Positions 1-6,529 of a DNA stretch of 64,000 nucleotides are shown piece by piece. The position numbers were made by a program, and so were the translations under genes. Below the pieces are notes generated by a model. That model saw only the letters and a program-made list of their open reading frames with translations, had not been told where the DNA came from and did no database searches. The stretch is from a virus. Lineage: Duplodnaviria > Caudoviricetes. The number at the start of each line of letters is the position of its first letter. Within the stretch, counting starts at the first letter, position 1. The stretch spans positions 1 to 64,000 of IMG/VR virus record IMGVR_UViG_3300050334_000106, one strand, 5' to 3'.

Positions 1-159
1 TTATTTTTCCAATATAATTTTAAAAACTTTGGCTAAACTTTTACTCCCGGATTGAATCTCAATTTGCTTTAAAAACTCTTCCGTAAACTCTTTACTCATA
101 AAGCGTATGTCAGATTTTAACACTTGCATTTCAGAAATTGCCTCAGCGAATACATCCAT
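1..159 (-). CDS. Small hypothetical protein (52 aa, MDVFAEAISEMQ...IILEK), probably SOS-regulated; absent from the ORF track
   Basis: Open frame from ATG 159 to TAA at 3-1; RBS GGAGG upstream; promoter and LexA box upstream. Confidence 0.6.
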   Translation of the reverse strand: MDVFAEAISEMQVLKSDIRFMSKEFTEEFLKQIEIQSGSKSLAKVFKIILEK

Positions 160-214
160 CAGTAATTATCCTCCACAAAATAAATCACCGCACTGCCAGT
201 TCCTTGTCAGTTTT

Positions 215-228
215 CGAACGCATGTTCT
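215..228. promoter_or_regulatory. LexA/DinR (SOS) box
   Basis: CGAACGCATGTTCT matches the Firmicutes GAAC-N4-GTTC consensus and lies just downstream of a leftward -10. Confidence 0.7.
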
Positions 229-236
229 TTTTTTTT

Positions 237-265
237 AGTATACATCGTATCGCATAAAAACACAA
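237..265 (-). promoter_or_regulatory. Putative sigma-A promoter for the 1..159 gene
   Basis: TTGTGT-17 nt-TATACT on the minus strand. Confidence 0.5.
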
Positions 266-291
266 CTTCTATTCTTTAAATTCTTTCGACA

Positions 292-483
292 TTATTTGCA
301 AATATACAAGTCTTCCGGCTTCACCCCCAACGCATTAGCAAGCTTGCAAATCACTGAAATTGTTGGTTCTCTCTCACCCCTTTCAATTTTGCTTATATAG
401 CTTCTGCTAACTCCTGATTTTCTTGAAAGCTCTTCTTGTGTCATATTTTGTCGATACCGCACGAATTTTAGTAATATTTCCAT
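292..483 (-). CDS. XRE-family helix-turn-helix regulator
   Basis: MTQEELSRKSGVSRSYISKIERGEREPT is a typical HTH_3 signature. Confidence 0.9.
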   Translation of the reverse strand: MEILLKFVRYRQNMTQEELSRKSGVSRSYISKIERGEREPTISVICKLANALGVKPEDLYICK

Positions 484-668
484 TGTTTCAAATCCTTACC
501 ACCGTTATTTTATCACGTATGCTTCTGTTTTTGTGCGCACCATAGGAACATTATGTAAAGATAATGTGAACTTTTTACCTATCCTCTTATAGTGTGTTAT
601 TATCCCCTTATCGGATATATTATACTCTTAGAGGAGCGACAATGATAAAATCTTTTTAGGTGATAAAA

Positions 669-872
669 ATGGTTAGAATACATCTTTCTAAGCTTCTCGG
701 CGAAAGAAAAATGACTCAAATGGACCTCTTTAGAAAAACAAAAATCAGATATGAGACTATAAATGCTTATTATCATGAGTATGCTAAAAGAGTTAATTTA
801 CATGACATTAATAAAATCTGCACAGTTTTGAATTGCAAAATTGAAGAATTGATGGAATTTATTCCCGATTAA
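669..872 (+). CDS. Cro/C1-type HTH regulator, divergent from the XRE gene
   Basis: LSKLLGERKMTQMDLFRKTKIRYETINAYY...KICTVLNCKIEELME; ATG 669 follows an AGGTGA RBS. Confidence 0.85.
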   Translation: MVRIHLSKLLGERKMTQMDLFRKTKIRYETINAYYHEYAKRVNLHDINKICTVLNCKIEELMEFIPD

Positions 873-878
873 CAAGTA

Positions 879-907
879 AAGCCCCTGGTCACCCCAGAGG
901 CTTATTT
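879..907. terminator. Intrinsic terminator-like hairpin
   Basis: AAGCCCCTGG...CCAGAGGGCTT right after the 872 stop. Confidence 0.6.
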
Positions 908-943
908 CATTCTCTTACAAACAAAGTCTTTCTAAACTTCTTG

Positions 944-972
944 TTGATTCTATTGTGTCACAGCCTTATAAT
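944..972 (+). promoter_or_regulatory. Sigma-A promoter
   Basis: TTGATT-17 nt-TATAAT. Confidence 0.7.
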
Positions 973-978
973 TAAGAC

Positions 979-990
979 AAACGTATGTTC
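979..990. promoter_or_regulatory. LexA (SOS) box variant
   Basis: AAAC-GTAT-GTTC, one mismatch to GAAC-N4-GTTC, between the -10 and the RBS of the 1007 gene. Confidence 0.6.
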
Positions 991-1006
991 TTTTTTGAGG
1001 TGGATT

Positions 1007-1262
1007 ATGAAAATACTTATGCAGCCAGTATCATTGATTGCGGTGTTCGACAAAGAAGGCCACCCACGGCCTATAAAATTTCAGATAAATAACAAAGGAA
1101 AAGAAACCACGATAAAGGTAGATATGTAAGTGTGAAGAACAACACTATACCGGCGATAAAGCTTTAATATATAAATGCCAAAGCTTAATTAACGGGAAAG
1201 ATGTTGTCTACGAGCTTAAGTATTTAAAATCTACATGTAAATGGTTTTTATACAAAATATAG
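1007..1262 (+). pseudogene. Frameshifted small SOS-regulated protein (MKILMQPV...IKVD / ICKCEEQ...ALIYKCQSLINGK...KWFLYKI)
   Basis: The first frame stops at 1127-1129; the +1 frame is open from about 1122 to TAG 1260-1262 and reads as a plausible continuation. Confidence 0.55.
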
Positions 1263-1271
1263 CTACAGGTA

Positions 1272-1859
1272 TTATTCTGTTATTCCCTTTCTCTTTTTAA
1301 TCTTTCCCTGCAACTCATCCATGACCACATGAGTATAAACCATGGTTGTATTTAAACTGCTATGCCCAGCCAGCTCCTGAACCTCTCGGATATTTGCGGT
1401 ACCTTCTCTCAACACTTCGGTTAAAAATGTATGTCTGAGCTTATGAGGGCTGACAGGCTTTTTTATAGCACCATCCTGGATAAACACGCCGGCTTTTTCA
1501 GAGATTCTGTAGCAGACTTCCCGGATATATCGTTGCATCAGTTGCCCGCCTTCCAAAGTGCAAAATACAAAGTGACTCTCTGGCCGGACAGCAAGCCAAA
1601 CCTTTAATGATTTTTCTATGTCTTCATCCATAGGCACATACCGGTCCTTCTTTCCTTTTCCCTGTTGAACGTAAATAAGCCCCGTTTCAAAATTACAGTC
1701 TGATAAACCCAGATTACATACCTCTGATACTCGCAGGCCAGCACGGTACATCATAATCACAATAGCATAGTTCCGGATCCCGGTTGGACAGCTTGTGTTG
1801 ATCTGAGCCAGCATTTTTTTAACAGACTTTTGGTCAATAATCTTTGGCAATTTAAGCAT
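1272..1859 (-). CDS. Tyrosine recombinase, catalytic domain only (195 aa; XerD/FimB-like size)
   Basis: GLRVSE, GKGKKDR, HKLRH and LAGHSSLNTTMVYTH give the full R-K-H-R-H-Y set; no N-terminal arm-binding domain. Confidence 0.95.
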   Translation of the reverse strand: MLKLPKIIDQKSVKKMLAQINTSCPTGIRNYAIVIMMYRAGLRVSEVCNLGLSDCNFETGLIYVQQGKGKKDRYVPMDEDIEKSLKVWLAVRPESHFVFCTLEGGQLMQRYIREVCYRISEKAGVFIQDGAIKKPVSPHKLRHTFLTEVLREGTANIREVQELAGHSSLNTTMVYTHVVMDELQGKIKKRKGITE

Positions 1860-1860
1860 G

Positions 1861-2061
1861 CTACCCCACTCTCCCTTCTAAAATTCTCCCTGCCTTTTCC
1901 TCGGCATCTTCTTCAAACATGATATCCATCAAGTCATACATTTTACGGTCAAGAAGCCTACAGAGTTCAGTTTTCTTTTTGTTGGATACATTTATATGTC
2001 CGTCACTGATAATCCTGTATAAAGCCACAACAGCATAACCTTGAGCCTGAGCATTTGTCAT
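1861..2061 (-). CDS. Hypothetical protein (likely start MTNAQAQGY)
   Basis: RBS GAAAGGA before ATG 2061; the longer ORF-track start runs through a repeat array. Confidence 0.6.
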   Translation of the reverse strand: MTNAQAQGYAVVALYRIISDGHINVSNKKKTELCRLLDRKMYDLMDIMFEEDAEEKAGRILEGRVG

Positions 2062-2091
2062 AAAGTCACATCCTTTCAATATTCCATTATT

Positions 2092-2300
2092 TGTAACACC
2101 GCAAATCGCCGAACTTCGCCGAACAACACCGAGAAACACCGACGATCACCGCGTTTTACCGAAAAACACCGTTAACCTACATATATAATATATACTATAT
2201 TTAAATATAGTAGGTTAGGAGAAGGAGAAGGTATTAGCCTTAGTAATATATATAATAAAATAAATATAAAAACTTAAATATGTGTAGTACGCGCGCGAGG
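2092..2300 (+). repeat. Origin-like element: eight 10-bp-phased NNNNNYRCCG repeats, an AT-rich tract with a 20-bp palindrome, and ACGCGCGCGAGG
   Basis: Units at 2092-2171 match the initiator-gene iterons (57911-57980) unit by unit; TACTATATTTAAATATAGTA at 2193-2212. Confidence 0.75.
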
Positions 2301-2429
2301 AATTAATATTTACTTGTCATTAAAATTTTATATAAAAAGGGCGCTTTATTATCCCTTGAAGCGACGGGTATCCCGCTACCATCCGGTTTATATCCGGGGT
2401 GGTTTCGGCCGGTTCCCTTCCGGCTCTCA

Positions 2430-2591
2430 TCAGGCGGGTATTATGTTTCCGGTAAAGTACTTCTGAGATTCATCCATCTCTAAAATAACCTCTTCTCCAG
2501 TCTCATCACAAAACGCTGTGATACCTAAATTACCTAAATCTTCAGGATAATAGCTGTAATGCAATCCATTGATTTCCTTTGTCTGAAACAT
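2430..2591 (-). CDS. Hypothetical protein (likely start MFQTKEING)
   Basis: Open frame with a plausible RBS in the leftward operon. Confidence 0.55.
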   Translation of the reverse strand: MFQTKEINGLHYSYYPEDLGNLGITAFCDETGEEVILEMDESQKYFTGNIIPA

Positions 2592-2638
2592 AATTAATTC
2601 TCTCTTTCTGCCAGGATTAACCAGGCCATTCAGTAACA

Positions 2639-3070
2639 TTATCGAATAAAAACTTCTGTTAAAATCGTTCCGCCACCAGATTGAAGACAACCAAGGAAGC
2701 AATGTGGCTTGCCATCAATCATAATTTTGTAATCGTCACAAATTGTTTGCCATTGCTTGCGGGTTACAACAGGATTATTACGAAGGATAGCTTCAAGCTC
2801 GTTGATTTCAGATGGTTTAATATTGCATCCATACGACCGCTGTAAGCGTTCTGCTATGATATGGTGGTTTGAAATCTTACTGCTTGTAAAATGTGAACAT
2901 CCGTCTCCACTTTTACTCTCAACAGCGATCACGTTGCAGATATACATAGGGTCACAAATTCCATTGATGTCAAATCGAATACAAACATTTTCAGATGTCT
3001 TCCTTATGTTTTCAGGTACTTCGTGGCCATCAAAGGCTTTTTGAAAATCAATCATAATAATATCCTCCAT
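2639..3070 (-). CDS. Hypothetical phage protein
   Basis: 143-aa ORF with GGAGG RBS, in operon. Confidence 0.7.
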   Translation of the reverse strand: MEDIIMIDFQKAFDGHEVPENIRKTSENVCIRFDINGICDPMYICNVIAVESKSGDGCSHFTSSKISNHHIIAERLQRSYGCNIKPSEINELEAILRNNPVVTRKQWQTICDDYKIMIDGKPHCFLGCLQSGGGTILTEVFIR

Positions 3071-3108
3071 CTACCGGATCCGGGAATTAAAATAGTTGTT
3101 AATAAACC

Positions 3109-3759
3109 CTAATTCATTTCATAGTCAACCCAGTCGACAACCTTGTTTACCATCTCTTTAAAATTGCAATCAAATGGATACTTTAAGCTATCAAATTCAG
3201 TTTCGTAGTCACTAGCCTGCAAGACACCCAGGAAAGCATCTTTTAAGGCAAGTAATGCACTTTTCATTTCTTCATCAGATTCCTCTAAATCATCTCCACC
3301 GTATTTTGATGTAGGATGTTCAATAGCCTTGCGGATAGAGGCCAACTCTATTATTGCTGTTTCGTCCGGGCAAACACTGTACAGATCTCCATCACGCGTA
3401 ATGTTCAGCGTAATTTCTCGCTGCTGCTCTTGATTATCAACACACAGAGCTATTGCTACAGGATATTTACCGCTGTCATCTACAACCGGTATTTCTCGGA
3501 CACGCCAACCGTCAAATGATAAGCCTTCATCCTCAAAATAATGCTTTGCGATTGATGTAGCTGCATCTGCGGCCTGTAAGCCATCGCAGGATGCGCTATA
3601 ATTGGTCCTATTAATGATTTCATCAACATACTTTTTCATCATTGCCTGTGCCTCCTTTATATTCCGTTTCGGCCTCATTTCAGAGACCATCATCAGTGCG
3701 GTATCCGCAGACGGTCGGGAGTTTTTAGCTCCCGGGTAAAGGTTAATTAACTGGCACAT
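3109..3759 (-). CDS. Hypothetical acidic phage protein
   Basis: 216-aa ORF overlapping the upstream stop. Confidence 0.7.
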   Translation of the reverse strand: MCQLINLYPGAKNSRPSADTALMMVSEMRPKRNIKEAQAMMKKYVDEIINRTNYSASCDGLQAADAATSIAKHYFEDEGLSFDGWRVREIPVVDDSGKYPVAIALCVDNQEQQREITLNITRDGDLYSVCPDETAIIELASIRKAIEHPTSKYGGDDLEESDEEMKSALLALKDAFLGVLQASDYETEFDSLKYPFDCNFKEMVNKVVDWVDYEMN

Positions 3760-3958
3760 ATCCTTCTGGTACAGTCAACACGGGCTTACCGGGCTTGTAG
3801 TCGCTGCCTTCCGATATTCCTATAATTTGAGCATCCGGCTTGTACTCTGTAAAATATGCTCTTGCGTCCGTTTCGTTTTCTGCCTTGATAATGAGGGCAC
3901 AACATGTGCCATTGTAGCTGTCTCTCGTCCATGTCAGGTCATATGTTTTCATACTCAA
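3743..3958 (-). CDS. Hypothetical protein, first gene of the leftward operon
   Basis: GGAGG RBS, directly downstream of a consensus promoter. Confidence 0.7.
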   Translation of the reverse strand: MSMKTYDLTWTRDSYNGTCCALIIKAENETDARAYFTEYKPDAQIIGISEGSDYKPGKPVLTVPEGYVPVN

Positions 3959-4006
3959 TTCCTCCGTTCATTTTATAGTTGTTAACTGTTCACTACCGAT
4001 AATCTT

Positions 4007-4035
4007 ATTATAGTACCGAAAATATGAAAAGTCAA
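4007..4035 (-). promoter_or_regulatory. Strong sigma-A promoter for the leftward operon
   Basis: TTGACT-17 nt-TATAAT on the minus strand. Confidence 0.85.
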
Positions 4036-4816
4036 CAACTTTTCACTACTTTTTGAAATAAAAAAATAACAGGTTAAAATACCTGCTATTGATTGATTTT
4101 AGATCAACTATTCTTTAGTTTTAAGTACTGTTTTAGCATATAATTTACTTGAGCATTAAAACTACGCTCATTCTCATCTGCAAGTGCCTGTATCATCTCT
4201 TCAAGGTCTTTATCAAAGACAATGGATTTCATGGACTGTTTTTCCTTGTTATAAGCCACATCAATGCCCTCCATAGGTTATTAATAGTCAACAACTATTA
4301 TATACTGCTGTAAGTCGTTTATCAAGCCCTGGATGCAATGACACGATTTTCGTACCTCGTCCGGCCGGCACTAGATCATGGATCAGGCAGAGCTGATTTA
4401 AACTTAATCATATTCGCAGTGTTTTTATATTGTTAACCGTATATCTTATTTATAGTTTACAATACAATTAAATTACAGTACCTGCAACGTTTTCAAGGCC
4501 TGCTGAATGCTTAAAACCGCTGTTCAAACAGTATGCTTTTGGGTGTGACATGTTATAACCGATTGATTGCAAAGGTATTTCACTTGACAAGGCTGTGTAC
4601 CGCCCTGTATTGCCGTGTTTCAAGGGTTATTATATTGTCAACTTTGTTAATGGTATGTGGTTGACGATACAGTATCACAACGCCAGAATAAACCCTTACT
4701 AGTAATGACATGTTAACAGCATTACTACTTTCGATATGTTTTATTTACCCAGCCATCTTCACCCCACCTGTTATGATGTTATTACAATACCGATTTTCAT
4801 CCTTTTCGGTACTATA
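4009..4816. repeat. Segment bounded by outward-reading inverted repeats TTTTCAT-N1/2-TTTTCGGTACTATA
   Basis: Perfect 14-bp core at 4009-4022 (minus) and 4803-4816 (plus), plus TTTTCAT at 4024-4030 (minus) and 4794-4800 (plus). Confidence 0.75.
4104..4259 (-). CDS. Arc/ribbon-helix-helix repressor (51 aa); absent from the ORF track
   Basis: MAYNKEKQSMKSIVFDKDLEEMIQALADENERSFNAQVNYMLKQYL; GTG start after GGAGG; RS-N pattern of Arc-like proteins. Confidence 0.75.
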   Translation of the reverse strand: MAYNKEKQSMKSIVFDKDLEEMIQALADENERSFNAQVNYMLKQYLKLKNS

Positions 4817-5010
4817 TTTACACTTTCAAGCCCTTATCCTGCCTGATTTATAGCCAAACACAATATATTGTGGTATGCCTCTTCAAAATGATGTGTTTTG
4901 GTCCCATTTTTGCGGGATTTTTGGACCCCTGGGGGGGAGGGTCGGACTTTGGGCGGGAGAGTTACCCCTCTCAAAAATATCCCCTTCCTATAAGCCGTTC
5001 AAGCCCGTAT
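4319..5010. other. Non-coding region with repeated TCAAG(C/G)(C/G)Y motifs and a GC-rich patch; candidate packaging (cos/pac) or control region
   Basis: Motif at 4322, 4493, 4620, 4826 and 4999; GGACCCCTGGGGGGGAGGGTC at about 4923-4943; lies upstream of the packaging genes. Confidence 0.35.
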
Positions 5011-5134
5011 TTTATGCAGCTTACAATCTCCTTTTAGTTCCTGATAGGGCAAAGTCCGTTTTCATCAAAAAAATCATGCTCAAATCGCCCTTATTTTCTC
5101 TGAATTTATCTAAAAACTTATCGAAAAAGGAAAA

Positions 5135-5207
5135 CGATACAAATGTGAGTCAAATGTGATACAGATATGAGTCATTCATGAGTCAATATTGATTCAAACA
5201 TGAGTCA
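5135..5207 (+). repeat. Seven 11-bp-phased iteron-like repeats, core TGAKWCA
   Basis: CGATACA 5135, TGAGTCA 5146, TGATACA 5157, TGAGTCA 5168, TGAGTCA 5179, TGATTCA 5190, TGAGTCA 5201. Confidence 0.9.
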
Positions 5208-5463
5208 CACAAAACGCAAGTCCTATGTTATAATTTATAATAGCGGAGCAAGTAGGAATTGGAAGGCACTGGTGAAGAACTGGGGCCTTTACTATTTGGA
5301 TTTGATGCGAGATGTATATAACTGCTATATAGTATCTCTCATCAAAACAAGCCGATCAAAAGTCTTGTATGCACTGGAAATAAAGTGTTATGCGGACTTT
5401 TTTCTTTTACAAAAAAACTGTTCAAAATGGCCCATTTTTTACAAAAAAATTGTAGGTGGTGTT

Positions 5464-6009
5464 ATGGCCCAGAAAGCGAAAAAGGTTACCAGATACATTA
5501 ACTCTGAAACCGGCGAATTCTCTGAGAGATTTAAATGGGTTGATATGCAATTTGATGATGACGGCTACCTTTTTTGGAACCGCAAATCAAATGTCAAGAC
5601 TTTTATAGAGGTTCCTCTCCCTGTGGAATTAACCTGGGCAGAAAAAGGTCGGATTCACGAGCTGAAACATTACATTTTGAAAGATAACCAATTTCTTGTA
5701 TACCGAAGCGGTAATACTATAAAACCAATAACAGCCACTGAAATGAGTAAGATTCTTGGAATGAGTGAACGTCAATGTAGATCTTTGGTTAAAAAAATGA
5801 AGGACCTTAAAATCATAAAAGAAATATCCTTTGATGGGTTTGTGTACTTTGTTTTCAATCCAATGTACGGTTTCAAAGAAAAGCGGCTTAGCCTCAATGT
5901 ATACCTGTTTTTTCAGGATGAGCTGCGGAAGATACTCCCTGAATGGGTGATAAAAAAATTCTCTGAATCAGCCATTGAGTTGCGTCCCAAATTTGAAATT
6001 ATTAAATGA
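5464..6009 (+). CDS. Winged-HTH protein, RepL-like (Firmicutes plasmid replication protein type)
   Basis: Start MAQKAKK after GGTGG; INSETGE, HTH ATEMSKILGMSERQCRSLVKKM and YFVFNPMY resemble RepL; the ORF-track N-terminal extension is probably not translated. Confidence 0.6.
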   Translation: MAQKAKKVTRYINSETGEFSERFKWVDMQFDDDGYLFWNRKSNVKTFIEVPLPVELTWAEKGRIHELKHYILKDNQFLVYRSGNTIKPITATEMSKILGMSERQCRSLVKKMKDLKIIKEISFDGFVYFVFNPMYGFKEKRLSLNVYLFFQDELRKILPEWVIKKFSESAIELRPKFEIIK

Positions 6010-6197
6010 CTCGGTTGTCTGGCTTCGGCCTCAACATAAATGATGATGAACGGATAAAAGATGTATAAAGCCTGTTGTGAGTACATCGGGCATAAGCAAC
6101 CTTTAGCTTGAGTGATGCCTAAGTAGCTCCCGGCTTGAAAGGTGCGGTGGTTGTCCTGGGGCAGTTTTGCTCAAGATAGCAACTTGAAAGAAATGAT

Positions 6198-6357
6198 TGA
6201 ATATGCGGTGGCGGAATAAGACGCTTAGCGTAAGGTTTACCACACTACCTTGTAGAGGTCGTAGGGCTGAAGTGAAGGCTGGTAAATGTGTGGCGGTTTA
6301 AGTCCGAAATGCAAAGAGGCTACTCGTGCAGGGTGAAATTCCCTGTCCACATATTTA
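6198..6357 (+). ncRNA. tRNA-like structured RNA with an ~95-nt insert in place of the anticodon/variable arms
   Basis: Acceptor TATGCGG (6202-6208) / CCACATA (6347-6353); D-arm-like TGGCGGAATAAGACGC; T-arm-like GCAGGG-TGAAATT-CCCTGT; internal TTTACCA/TGGTAAA pairing. Confidence 0.6.
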
Positions 6358-6376
6358 ATTCTTTGGAGGTGGTTTC

Positions 6377-6529
6377 ATGGAATGTCTAAGAAATTGTATT
6401 GGTTGCGACAAATACAGACAGAGAAAACAATGCGAAGCCTTCAAAGAACGCCGACGTGCAATCAGGCGTAGAATATATCAGTTCAGGAAAGCTCAAAAAG
6501 CAGCTACTGGCGGTGATGATCATGTTTAA
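6377..6529 (+). CDS. Small basic Cys-containing protein (50 aa); absent from the ORF track
   Basis: GGAGGT RBS; MECLRNCIGCDKYRQ...; stop overlaps the next ATG. Confidence 0.55.
   Translation: MECLRNCIGCDKYRQRKQCEAFKERRRAIRRRIYQFRKAQKAATGGDDHV

Larger units (their letters stand above)
3977..4296. promoter_or_regulatory. Three operator-like 11-mers AGTYAACAACT
   Basis: AGTCAACAACT at 4030-4040 and 4286-4296, and AGTTGTTAACT at 3977-3987; all overlap or adjoin promoters. Confidence 0.65.

Noticed and set aside
2193-2212. Protelomerase (hairpin telomere) site
   Set aside because: The perfect palindrome is only 20 bp and no protelomerase-sized enzyme is in the window
2092-5207. CRISPR array call for the short periodic repeats at 2092-2171 and 5135-5207 (also 57911-57980)
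   Set aside because: Units are 10-11 bp in helical phase with no 25-45-bp unique spacers, and no cas genes were seen; they fit iterons
4875-5463. ORF 4875..5159 and the N-terminal extension of 5200..6009
   Set aside because: They run through the GC patch, repeats and promoter-like DNA without an RBS; the credible start is ATG 5464
6198-6357. Canonical tRNA, tmRNA or intron-containing tRNA
   Set aside because: No 7-nt anticodon loop, non-canonical T loop, no tmRNA ends or tag frame, and the insert is too short for a group I intron
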